From the NCBI GenBank assembly GCA_002748415.1, contig PDSI01000220.1:3851-67850 (forward strand): 64,000 nucleotides of DNA, given 5' to 3'. The notes beneath the pieces were generated by a model. That model saw only the letters and a list, made by a program, of their open reading frames with translations, did not search any database and had not been told where the DNA came from. This DNA comes from Micrococcales bacterium (GTDB lineage Bacteria; Actinomycetota; Actinomycetes; Actinomycetales; CAWJMD01). The position numbers were made by a program, and so were the translations under genes. Shown here one piece after another: positions 9,494 to 17,923 of the stretch. Position 1 is the stretch's first letter. Each line of letters starts with the position of its first letter.

Positions 9494-9961
9494 TCAGGAC
9501 ACCCACAGGAACACGGCACCGATGGCTCCGGCCAGCACCAAGTGCCAACCGATGAGCCGGCTCGCGCGGAAGTGCGCTGCCGCCACGGTGAACAGCCCCA
9601 GGGCTGACACGGCGGTGAGGGCCACGGGCGCCGAACTGCCGAACCAGCGCAGCACGGCCACCGCGAGGCCGAGGGACAGCACCCAGGCAAAGGCCCAGCC
9701 GGAGACCTGGGAGCCTTGCGGTTGCTCATCGTCCGGCGGCAGGCCGGGGACGGCGTCCAAACCGCAGAACACCCGGCCCGCGACCTGTTGAGGGCTGCCG
9801 AGCTCGTCCATCGCACCGGCCAGGTCGTCGCCCCGGTGTAGGTATTGCTCGACCGAACTCAGGTGTCGCTGCCGGTCCCGCTCGGGCAATGACGACAACT
9901 GAACGGCGAGTTCGGCCAGGTATGACTCGACCCAGTTGATGGATTCGTCGATGTGATTCAT
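9494..9961 (-). CDS. Small membrane protein (DUF1700/HAAS-like N-terminal helix plus 2-3 TM helices)
   Basis: ATG at 9959-9961 is preceded by GGAGAGGAGG. The product begins MNHIDESINWVESYLAELAVQLSSLPERDRQRHLSSVEQYL, followed by hydrophobic segments. The ORF-track version (to 10057) adds an unlikely extension. Confidence 0.6.
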   Translation of the reverse strand: MNHIDESINWVESYLAELAVQLSSLPERDRQRHLSSVEQYLHRGDDLAGAMDELGSPQQVAGRVFCGLDAVPGLPPDDEQPQGSQVSGWAFAWVLSLGLAVAVLRWFGSSAPVALTAVSALGLFTVAAAHFRASRLIGWHLVLAGAIGAVFLWVS

Positions 9962-10255
9962 TGTGGCCTCCTCTCCCCGGTTGTGCAGATCCCGATGTGC
10001 ACCTCCATGATACGCCGAGTCACAGTCAGCATCGCAAACTGGCCCGGAATGCCCCAATTCTGGGGAGGAGGGTAGCGCAGGGTACTCGTCCGGTACTCCG
10101 GAGTGCCGGAAAATGTCAGCACGTCCAATAGTTGGATCGAGGGGGTCGTGATATTGTTGGCCACTAGTTGGGCGGCAGTGCGCTGATTTCTTCAGCAGGA
10201 ATTCCCGGCCATGAGTCCGGCGTGGCCGGCCGGGGTGAACCGCGAGGCGTGTGCG

Positions 10256-10790
10256 CTACTGACGAGCGCTGGGCTGCCGCGGGCGGTGCGTCGCCGACAG
10301 CGCGATCAACGCGGCCGCCGCCAGACCGGCGACCAACCCGCTGAACAGGGTTCGGACCATGGTGTACGCCTGCCAGCGGCCCGAGTAGTCAGTCCGGATT
10401 TCCCGGACCGCAGTGCCGTCGGCCCGGGACCGTGACCTCGGCCAGCGCCTCGGTCATCGGCACCTTGACCGTCGCCGTCAAGATCAGGCCGCCGCAGAGG
10501 TGGGTCACCGCTGCGGCCAACAGCGGCCGGCCGGACGGGCGCCGTCGCTCGTACCGCGTCAATGCCGCGGCACCGGCCAAGACCACCGGGGTCAGGCAGA
10601 AAGCCGGGAAGAAGACGGGGTTGCGCACGGAGGCGTTCATCGCCCGCATGGCCTGGATGGCCACCCGCGGGTCGGCGTCGTCCAGACCCTACATGGTGGA
10701 GCAGACCCAGGCGAAGAAGCAGCCGGAGATGGTGCCGGCGAGCGCCGTGCCGGCCCAGGCGCAGGCGATCCCGGGGGTGATCGGGCGGTG
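10256..10790 (-). pseudogene. Decayed DUF1772-like (anthrone-oxygenase-like) membrane protein gene
   Basis: Three consecutive minus-strand pieces read like one small 4-TM protein. Piece 1: ITPGIACAWAGTALAGTISGCFFAWVCSTM, ending at an in-frame TAG (10689-10691). Piece 2: GLDDADPRVAIQAMRAMNASVRNPVFFPAFCLTPVV...PMTEALAEV. After a frame change near 10410-10420, piece 3: DGTAVREIRTDYSGRWQAYTMVRTLFSGLVAGLAAAALIAL. No start codon is found upstream of the first piece. Confidence 0.4.
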
Positions 10791-10874
10791 CCGGGAGCTG
10801 GCATCGCTTATTGGAACTTTCTAGTTCGGATACCTGTTGAGGAATATGCGAACGTTCCGGTACGGTTGTCAGCC

Positions 10875-11546
10875 GTGAGCTCCACCGCCGCTGGCGTCCC
10901 GGGTCCCGGACGTCGTGGTCGATTGCCCGCCCGGGAACGGGCACGACGTGAACGAGACATCCTGGCCGCTGCTATGCGGGTCGTCGTCCGGCAGGGCTAC
11001 TCGGCAGCGACGATGCACCAGATCGCCCAAGAGGCGCGTGCTTCCAAGGAGACGTTGTACGCCTGGTTCGGTGACCGGGAGAGCCTGATGGCCGTGCTGA
11101 TCCGCGCGAACGCGGACGAGTCCGTGATGGTGCTGGCTGACGCGACGAGTCGCCCGATCAGGGACGCGGCCGATGCCTGCGAGACCTTGGAGAGCTACGC
11201 GCGATCACTGCTGGCATTGCTGACCGGTGAGGTGTCGATCACGCTGAACCGGGCGGCGATGAGCTCTCCGGCGCTGGCCGCGCACTTGCTGGCATCCGGG
11301 TGGAACCGGGCGGGATCTGCCGCCGTCGAGTACCTGACAGCTCTGTACGAGGCGGGCCACAGTCCGCATGCCGACGCGGCACAAGCGTTCTCGCTGTTCT
11401 ACGGGCTGGTGGTCCAGGACACCCACATCAGAGTCCTGCTCGGTGAGCCGGCGCCATCCGCCCAGGACATCCGGCAGCGGGCCTGGTGCGCCACCCGGGT
11501 ATTCCTTGGCGTCGAGGCCGACTCGGCTGGATCCGAGGCCGGGTGA
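10875..11546 (+). CDS. TetR family transcriptional regulator
   Basis: ERARRERDILAAAMRVVVRQGYSAATMHQIAQEARASKETLYAWFGDRESL is a canonical TetR N-terminal HTH. In-frame GTG at 10875. It is divergent from the DUF1772 remnant. Confidence 0.85.
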   Translation: MSSTAAGVPGPGRRGRLPARERARRERDILAAAMRVVVRQGYSAATMHQIAQEARASKETLYAWFGDRESLMAVLIRANADESVMVLADATSRPIRDAADACETLESYARSLLALLTGEVSITLNRAAMSSPALAAHLLASGWNRAGSAAVEYLTALYEAGHSPHADAAQAFSLFYGLVVQDTHIRVLLGEPAPSAQDIRQRAWCATRVFLGVEADSAGSEAG

Positions 11547-11718
11547 GGAGTGCGCCGGTCAGCAGCCCGGCACACTCCTGACACTCCAGCGCGGAGCCGG
11601 TGGGTCCGGCGACATCATGTGCCGACCCCCGGAATAGCCGGCTGCGGCACCCGGGGCCCGCGTTCCCGAGCGGCCAGCCCGGGGGCCCACCTCGTCCACA
11701 CCGCCCCCCGCCCACATC

Positions 11719-11840
11719 GGACCCTATGGCGCTGTCAGGGGACGTATGGCGCTGTGTGGCGACGTATGGCGCCGGCGTGCCGCTACCCGACGTACCTTAA
11801 CGGCGCCATAGGGTCCGGAATGTCCGGTTCGATGTGCCAT
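11719..11840. repeat. Copy A of a dispersed palindromic repeat of about 100 bp (tatggcgc units plus inverted arm)
   Basis: Three direct units (gaccctatggcgctg, gacgtatggcgctg, gacgtatggcgccg), then the inverted arm cggcgccataggg. tatggcgccg (11765-11774) and cggcgccata (11801-11810) are perfect reverse complements. A 37-bp stretch (11761-11797) is identical to 16882-16918. Confidence 0.8.
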
Positions 11841-12247
11841 GTGGTGTGCTTCCATGTGGCAAGGCGCGGAGTTGAGCGGCGCCGGCGGACGGTGGTGAGC
11901 CGGCCCGGCTGCGAGGGGGTACCGACCCCGGCCGCGAAGACATCGGGGTACCGCATGCGGCCCCTGCCACGACCCTGGCCTGCAAGACCGCCGGCCTGCC
12001 CGGCGGACTGGATGTCTCGGCCGCTCCCGACGCTCACGAAAGACGACCGGTCAGTTACCCGAGCACATCCGCAGACGGGCCCTCGCAGCAAAGCACCATC
12101 CCGATCGAGGAGTAAGCCATCACCACCGTCAACACACCGACCGAAGCCAGACCGGGCAGGCCTCGAACCAGTCTCCGGCTTCTTCCGCCCAGCACGAGGC
12201 ACACCTCCACACCACACCCTTGCAACCCCAACTGAACGGTATTGCGG

Positions 12248-12643
12248 CTAGCGCGCGTCCCCGGGATCCGGGACGAAAACGGAGGCCACCATGCTGACCA
12301 GCGAGACGACCAGGGCCCCCAGGATCGCTTGCCAGAAGCCGTCGATGTGCAGGGTCAGGCCTGCCAGCTCACCGATCCGCGCGGTGAGGACCAGCATCAG
12401 CGCGTTGACCACCAGAGTGAACAAACCGAGGGTCAGGATGTAGAACGGAACAGCAAGGACTCTCACCACCGGCTTGATGACGGCGTTCACCAGGCCGAAG
12501 ATCAACCCCAGCACGATGTAGGTCAGGAACGCGTGGGCGAAGTCCTGCTCGCCGTTCGGCGTGGCATCGACCCCGCTGACCACCATTGTGGCGACCCAGA
12601 TGGCCAGCGCGTTGATTCCTACCCGAGTTGCGATGCTTGTCAC
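12248..12643 (-). CDS. Phage-holin-family-4/DUF360-type small membrane protein
   Basis: 131 aa with 4 hydrophobic helices. NALAIWVATMVV...FGLVNAVIKPVVRVLAVPFYILTLGLFTLVVNALML is the typical DUF360 signature as I recall it. Confidence 0.75.
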   Translation of the reverse strand: MTSIATRVGINALAIWVATMVVSGVDATPNGEQDFAHAFLTYIVLGLIFGLVNAVIKPVVRVLAVPFYILTLGLFTLVVNALMLVLTARIGELAGLTLHIDGFWQAILGALVVSLVSMVASVFVPDPGDAR

Positions 12644-12762
12644 GGTGCCCAGTGTAGGAGAGCTGGGTTCCGGACTCCCCGGCCAGCAGGCCGGCGGGTC
12701 GTCGGAGTGATCGCCGGACCGGGCCGGGACGCCCGGTCAGAAGGGTGTGCGACAGTGGACGG

Positions 12763-13866
12763 ATGTCCCAGACTGTTCCCGTCGGTGTGCGAACGGACAT
12801 GCTGACGTTGCCGGCCTATGTGCCCGGGCGCCGCGTCGAGGCAGTACCCGATCTCGTGCCGTACAAGCTGTCCTCCAACGAAAACCCGTATCCACCCCTA
12901 CCGTCGGTCCGAGGAGCGGTGACCGCGGCGGTGCACGACATCAACCGCTACCCCGACCCTGCGTGCACGGCACTCACCCAGGACTTGGCCACCCATCTCG
13001 GGGTGGGCGAACGCCAGCTGTCGCTGGGAACCGGCAGCGTCGGCGTGCTGCAGCAGGCCATGCTGTGCTGCGTCGAGCCCAAGGGCGAGGTGGTCTTCGC
13101 GTGGCGCTCGTTCGAGGCGTACCCCATTCTCACCACGGTGGTGGGCGGAACACCGGTGCGGGTCCCACTCACCCCGGACGGGCGACACGACCTGGACGCG
13201 ATGGCCGCAGCTGTCAACACCTCGACCCGGATGATCCTGTTGTGCTCGCCCAACAACCCGACCGGTCCTGCGCTGCGCCGTGCCGAGGTGGAGCGGTTCC
13301 TGTCCGAGGTGCCCGCCCACGTTCCGGTCGTCCTCGACGAGGCCTACGTCGAGTTCATTCGGGACGAGGACGCGGTGGACGGCCTTGCTCTGCTCCCGCA
13401 GCACCCGAATCTTGTTGTGTTGCGCACCTTCTCCAAGGCCTATGGGCTGGCCGGGCTTCGCGTGGGCTACGCCGTAGCCGATGAACGCGTCGCCGCGGTG
13501 TTGCGCTCGGCGGCGGTGCCGTTCGGCGTCTCGGGCTTGGGTCAGGTGGCCGCCCGGGCGAGCCTGGCCACCCCGGCGAGGGCCGAACTCTTCGACCGGG
13601 TATCCGCCCTCGTTGCCGAAAGAGACCGAGTGGCAACGGCACTGGCTGACCAAGGTTGGGCTGTTCCACCGGCACAGGGGAACTTCGTCTGGCTGCCGCT
13701 GGGCGAACGATCCGGGGAGTTTACGCAAGCGGCCGCCGAGCAGGCACTGGCGGTCCGGGGGTTCGGCGGCGACGGAGTGCGGGTCAGCATCGGCGAAGCC
13801 GAGGCCAACAGCCGGTTCCTGCAGTTGGCCGCCGCGTTCGCCCCGCCGGGTCTCGCGGCGGGATAG
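12763..13866 (+). CDS. Class I/II aminotransferase, histidinol-phosphate/aromatic aminotransferase-like
   Basis: YKLSSNENPYPPLPSV, CSPNNPTG, VLDEAYVEF and RTFSKAYGLAGLRVGY (PLP lysine context) are hallmarks of the HisC family. ATG at 12763 is in frame. Confidence 0.85.
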   Translation: MSQTVPVGVRTDMLTLPAYVPGRRVEAVPDLVPYKLSSNENPYPPLPSVRGAVTAAVHDINRYPDPACTALTQDLATHLGVGERQLSLGTGSVGVLQQAMLCCVEPKGEVVFAWRSFEAYPILTTVVGGTPVRVPLTPDGRHDLDAMAAAVNTSTRMILLCSPNNPTGPALRRAEVERFLSEVPAHVPVVLDEAYVEFIRDEDAVDGLALLPQHPNLVVLRTFSKAYGLAGLRVGYAVADERVAAVLRSAAVPFGVSGLGQVAARASLATPARAELFDRVSALVAERDRVATALADQGWAVPPAQGNFVWLPLGERSGEFTQAAAEQALAVRGFGGDGVRVSIGEAEANSRFLQLAAAFAPPGLAAG

Positions 13867-13873
13867 TGAATAC

Positions 13874-14368
13874 ATGAAAATCCGACCAGCGGTGGCCGGT
13901 GACGATGCTGAGGTCGCCGGCATCTACGACCACCACGTTCTGAACAGTACCGCCACCTTCGACACCCGCCCCCTCGGAACCCAGCCGTGGACGGACATGA
14001 TCGACAAGGCGGATCCCACTCGTCCGGTTCTGGTCGCAGTGACCGGCGGGGAGATCGCCGGCTTCGCTTATGCCAGCGACTTCCGGCACCGGCCCGCCTA
14101 CACCGGCACCAGGGAGACTTCCGTCTACATCGAGCCGCAGCATGTCGGGCTCGGAATGGGGCGCCTGCTGTACAACGAACTCCTGAGTCAGCTTCGGGCC
14201 GAGGGTGTGCATGCGGTGATTGCCGCTGTGGGCGAACCGAATCCAGCTTCGTCCTCACTGCACAGCGCCTGCGGTTTCCGGCGGATAGGGACGATGCCGG
14301 AGATCGGCTACAAGCTGGGTCGCTGGGTCGACGTCACCTGGTGGGAGCTGGTGCTGGCGCGCGTCTGA
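13874..14368 (+). CDS. GNAT family N-acetyltransferase (phosphinothricin-acetyltransferase-like)
   Basis: MKIRPAVAGDDAEVAGIYDHHVLNSTATFDT...SVYIEPQHVGLGMGRLLYNELL...GFRRIGTMPEIGYKLGRWVDV. ATG at 13874 lies 5 nt after the aminotransferase stop. Confidence 0.85.
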   Translation: MKIRPAVAGDDAEVAGIYDHHVLNSTATFDTRPLGTQPWTDMIDKADPTRPVLVAVTGGEIAGFAYASDFRHRPAYTGTRETSVYIEPQHVGLGMGRLLYNELLSQLRAEGVHAVIAAVGEPNPASSSLHSACGFRRIGTMPEIGYKLGRWVDVTWWELVLARV

Positions 14369-14434
14369 GTAGGTCGCAAGACCCACCCGGGTACCAGCCT
14401 CGGCTGCGGCGACAGCGGTGGGGCGGCCGGTCGC

Positions 14435-15349
14435 TCAGCGGCCGTTGCGGGAGAAATGCTGGTAGTCCTTCAGGCGGGTCCAGCGCCCGCCCCAACCCCA
14501 GCCGATCTGGTCGAAGGCTTTGGTCACCACATCGCCCTCGACGATCATGCCTCGCGTTGGGCTGGACCGGTCGGTGTAGGCCCTGGCCAGCTCGGGAAGC
14601 ACGAGGTCACCTCGCACATAAGGATTGTGGAAAGGATTGACGTCCACGGCCAGCCCGTACGCATGCTCGGAGAGGGTGCCCGGTCTGCCCACGGCCTCGC
14701 GGCAGACGAACGAGGTGGTGTTGTTGCCGTCGCCGGTCGGTGCGGCATCCAGGTCGGCCGGTGTGCTGATGCGCATCTGCTCGATGTGAAAGCGAGCGTC
14801 GTACAGGGTCTTGAAGACCGACACCAGGTCATCGGCCACAGCGCGATTGACGATCATTTCCCCGGTATGCGGCCTGCCGTCGAAACCCCAGAACGACATC
14901 GTCACGTACCTCAGTCCATCGATCGTGACGGGGCACGACGGGTCCCAGGTGGATCGCTCCAAGGGCTCCCCGGCCAGCGGTTCGATGGTCGCCTCGAAGT
15001 CCCGCCCGCTCGGCGGGGGAAGCAGATCAACCGTGACGAAGTTGCGGTCCACCAACTCCGGCGGCGTGGACTGAGGCGGCACGGAGCCGTCCGCGTCCGT
15101 GGGCAGCGCCCGGCTACCGAGCCAGGCCGGAGCCGGTCGCGCAGCTGGGGTTTCATCGCTGTGTGCGCCGGCCGTAGCCGTCGGCGGAGCCGATGCAGGG
15201 GTCGCCGGCCGCTGCGACGGGGCGGTACTCCCCGTCGCCGACGGTGCTGTCGCGGGTGGCTGAGAGCTGATGGTGGTGCCGTCGCCGCTGGCGCAGGAAG
15301 CGCACAGCGACAGGGCGAGAAACCCGGCACATACGATGGATCGCCTCAC
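14435..15349 (-). CDS. M15 family metallopeptidase lipoprotein (D-Ala-D-Ala/L,D-carboxypeptidase-like)
   Basis: GTG at 15347-15349 gives VRRSIVCAGFLALSLCASC (lipobox-like LSLC). The C-terminus has SEHAYGLAVDVNPFHNPY and WGWGGRW...DYQHF, typical of the VanY/M15 fold. Confidence 0.8.
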   Translation of the reverse strand: MRRSIVCAGFLALSLCASCASGDGTTISSQPPATAPSATGSTAPSQRPATPASAPPTATAGAHSDETPAARPAPAWLGSRALPTDADGSVPPQSTPPELVDRNFVTVDLLPPPSGRDFEATIEPLAGEPLERSTWDPSCPVTIDGLRYVTMSFWGFDGRPHTGEMIVNRAVADDLVSVFKTLYDARFHIEQMRISTPADLDAAPTGDGNNTTSFVCREAVGRPGTLSEHAYGLAVDVNPFHNPYVRGDLVLPELARAYTDRSSPTRGMIVEGDVVTKAFDQIGWGWGGRWTRLKDYQHFSRNGR

Positions 15350-15578
15350 GTCTTTCGGGTCACTTTTCGCTCCTTGCCACGTACATATCGTCCGATGACA
15401 CGCGCGCCCGTCGCGCCCGTCGCCCGGGGTCGGCGAGCGTCGCGGCGATCCGCACCGGAAGCCCGCGCGGCCCGCACCGGAAGCCCGCGCAGCACTTGCC
15501 TCCTGGACGAGCGGCTGGATGCTGAGGCTTCCCGACACCTTTCGACCGCCGCCTGAGAACTAACGCTCCTGGTGGGTT

Positions 15579-16655
15579 TCAGAGCTTTCGCAGCTGCTCC
15601 GCCGGCAGGTCCGCCAGCCCAAGTGAGGCCAACGTGCGTTGCGGGTCGGCCGCGTAGTCGGTGTCCATGATGATCGAGGACACCTCGACGATGGCGTCCA
15701 TCACCGGTGTCTGGACCCCGACCGAGCGGGCAACGTCCCGGAAGAAGACCATCGTGACCCCGACATCTTCGGTGAGGTATCGGTTTTCCAGCGAATCCTG
15801 GGCCTTGATGCCGAGGAAACCGGGTGCGGTGCTGTAGCCGGTGGTGTAGTTGTCCTCCAGCATGTAGCCCTGGGCGACCCCGGTGGCCGGTTCGGTCAGC
15901 ACCTCGACCCCCAGCGCCCGGCCGATGGCGATCCGCTCCTGGTCCACGGCCGCCATCAGCCGGCCGGTGGCAGGGGTGACGCCTTCCTCGTAGAACATGA
16001 AGTCGCCGCCGGTGCGCTCGATGAGTGCCGCGTTGAGCAGCGTCACCGCGGGATGGATCACCGGGTTGCCGTTCTGCAGCGCGGTCTGCCACACGCTCGT
16101 CGCGGCCACCACCTCCGGCCACACCTGGGCCAGCTGATCACGTACCGCTATGGTCGCGTCCTGCCCCAGCGCGGCGACGAACAGCGCACCAGTCAGCTTG
16201 TGGAACACATGAACGGTGCCAGGGCCGGTCACCCGTGTCGCGTACGGCAGGGTGGACGTCTCTGCGACGACGATCTCGTCTTGGTCCAACTCCAGCCCGG
16301 CTGCTCTGGCGAAAGCCACCGCACCCAGGCAGGACCCGGGGTTCACCAGCACCGTCATGCCCGGGCGCAGGTGAGGGGCGCACTCTCGGGCCAGTGGTTG
16401 GGTCGCGAACGCCGGCCCCACCACCTGCACGAGTTCGGCACCGTCCAGCGCCGCCGCGAAATCGGTACCGGCCAACGCGACCGGCGCGAAGCCGTCGAGC
16501 TTTCCAGTTCCGTGAATACCGCCTGCCTCGGTAACGGGAACCAGTCCGCCGCCGAAGTCGGCAGCCTCCGCCATGGTCACCTCGTGCCCGGCCAGGCTCC
16601 ACTCGCACGCCACGGCCAGTGCCCCGTTGCCGCCCCCGATCACCGCGATCCGCAC
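15579..16655 (-). CDS. NAD/NADP octopine/nopaline (opine) dehydrogenase family protein
   Basis: VRIAVIGGGNGALAVACEWSLAGHEV (Rossmann fold) followed by the family-typical LVNPGSCLGAVAF...ETSTLPYATRV. GTG at 16653-16655 is preceded by GAGAGGAG. The ORF track extends to 16838. Confidence 0.8.
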   Translation of the reverse strand: MRIAVIGGGNGALAVACEWSLAGHEVTMAEAADFGGGLVPVTEAGGIHGTGKLDGFAPVALAGTDFAAALDGAELVQVVGPAFATQPLARECAPHLRPGMTVLVNPGSCLGAVAFARAAGLELDQDEIVVAETSTLPYATRVTGPGTVHVFHKLTGALFVAALGQDATIAVRDQLAQVWPEVVAATSVWQTALQNGNPVIHPAVTLLNAALIERTGGDFMFYEEGVTPATGRLMAAVDQERIAIGRALGVEVLTEPATGVAQGYMLEDNYTTGYSTAPGFLGIKAQDSLENRYLTEDVGVTMVFFRDVARSVGVQTPVMDAIVEVSSIIMDTDYAADPQRTLASLGLADLPAEQLRKL

Positions 16656-16859
16656 CGGTATCTCCTCTCGTCGATGCATCGAGACTACCCGCTCGGCTTG
16701 CCGGTGGCGGCGGACGGTTATCCGTCCGGGCGGGACAGCCGGTCGCGTCCTCGAATCGTCTATATCGGGCGGGCGGGCGGCTGATTCGGCGGCTGGCGCC
16801 GTTCGGCTGGACGGCGCAGCATCATCCCTCGCCGGCAATCCGCCCGGCCTGCCCGTATC

Positions 16860-16960
16860 GGCCGCTATGGCGCCGTCCGGGGACGTATGGCGCCGGCGTG
16901 CCGCTACCCGACGTACCTCGGCAGCGCCATGGGGTCCAGGATGACCGGTTCGTGGGGCTG
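16860..16960. repeat. Copy B of the dispersed palindromic repeat
   Basis: ccgctatggcgccgtccggggacgtatggcgccggcgtgccgctacccgacgtacctcggcagcgccatggggtcc. Positions 16882-16918 are identical to 11761-11797. It has one fewer tatggcgc unit than copy A. It lies in the divergent promoter region between the opine dehydrogenase and nitrilase-family genes. Confidence 0.8.
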
Positions 16961-17113
16961 GCCGGATCTCACAGATGAACCGTTTGCTCGGTTTTGGGGC
17001 TGACTGGGCCGCGCGTCAGGCAGTTCGAACCGGCTCGAGAGGTGGGTGACGACTTCTTCTGGACGCATCTGGCTGTGTGCACCAGGGTGGGCGGCCGGGC
17101 ATACAGTGAGGGG

Positions 17114-17923
17114 GTGAGCATCCGGGTGGCCATGATCCAACTCGGCTACGGTGACGACGAGCCGGTCGAAGCCAGGCGCCAACGCGCCGCCGGACTGGTG
17201 CGCGAGCAACGCGGTGCCGACCTCGTGGTCCTGCCCGAGCTGTGGGCCCCGGGAGGGTTCAGCTACCGCGACTGGAACGACCGCACCGAATCTGTGCCCG
17301 GACCCAGCATCGACGCGATCGCCGCAGCCGCTGCCGACATCGGCGCCCATGTCCACGCGGGTTGCGTGGTCGAGAGCACCGGCGAGCATTGGTACAACAC
17401 CGCTGCCTTCCTCGGCCCGGGTGGACAGCTGCTGGCCACCTACCGCAAGGTGCACCGGTTCGGGTTCGGCGACGGGGAGAAGGCGCTGCTCGCCCCGGGA
17501 CGGGACCTGCGGACCATCGATGCCCGGCTCGGCCACCATGATGTGCGGATCGGCCTGGCCACCTGCTACGACCTACGCTTCCCCGAGCTGTTCCGTGGTT
17601 TGCTCGACCGCGGCGCCACGATGTTGCTCGTGCCCGCCACCTGGCCGATGGCCCGGGTGTCCGCCTGGCGGCTGTTCGCCCAGGCCAGAGCGGCCGAGAA
17701 CCAATGCCATGTGGTCGCGGTCAACACCGCGGGAACCCACGCCGGGACGCAGATGGGCGGGCACAGCATGCTGGTCGCCCCAGACGGAACCGTTCTGGCC
17801 GAAGCCGGGGTAGAAGAAGAGGTCTTGGCCGCCGACATCGATCCGGACGAGGTGTCTCGGCTGCGTGCAGAGTTCCCGGTCCTGGCTGACCGGCAACCGG
17901 CCACGGTGTTCGCGGCGCCATGA
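17114..17923 (+). CDS. Carbon-nitrogen hydrolase (nitrilase/amidase superfamily)
   Basis: IRVAMIQLGYG...ADLVVLPELWAPGG...YRKVHRF...IGLATCYDLRFPELFR contains the E-K-C catalytic triad contexts. GTG at 17114. Confidence 0.85.
   Translation: MSIRVAMIQLGYGDDEPVEARRQRAAGLVREQRGADLVVLPELWAPGGFSYRDWNDRTESVPGPSIDAIAAAAADIGAHVHAGCVVESTGEHWYNTAAFLGPGGQLLATYRKVHRFGFGDGEKALLAPGRDLRTIDARLGHHDVRIGLATCYDLRFPELFRGLLDRGATMLLVPATWPMARVSAWRLFAQARAAENQCHVVAVNTAGTHAGTQMGGHSMLVAPDGTVLAEAGVEEEVLAADIDPDEVSRLRAEFPVLADRQPATVFAAP

Noticed and set aside
9958-10164. 68-aa minus-strand ORF whose TGA overlaps the ATG of the DUF1700-like gene (possible PadR-like partner)
   Set aside because: The ATGA-type coupling is suggestive, because DUF1700 genes often follow PadR regulators. 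However, the peptide (MANNITTPSIQLLDVLTFSGTPEYRT…) shows no winged-helix PadR pattern, is too short, and has mediocre codon bias. It is left unannotated.
11550-12251. 233-aa (plus) and 144-aa (minus, 11783..12217) ORFs in the gap after the TetR gene
   Set aside because: Both are Arg/Pro/Gly-rich, overlap the repeat element, and have no motif or hydrophobic organisation. They are treated as non-coding.
12248-12643. The holin-family gene as evidence of a prophage
   Set aside because: There are no neighbouring phage genes (integrase, terminase, capsid, lysin). DUF360/holin-4-like proteins are common chromosomal membrane proteins in Actinobacteria.
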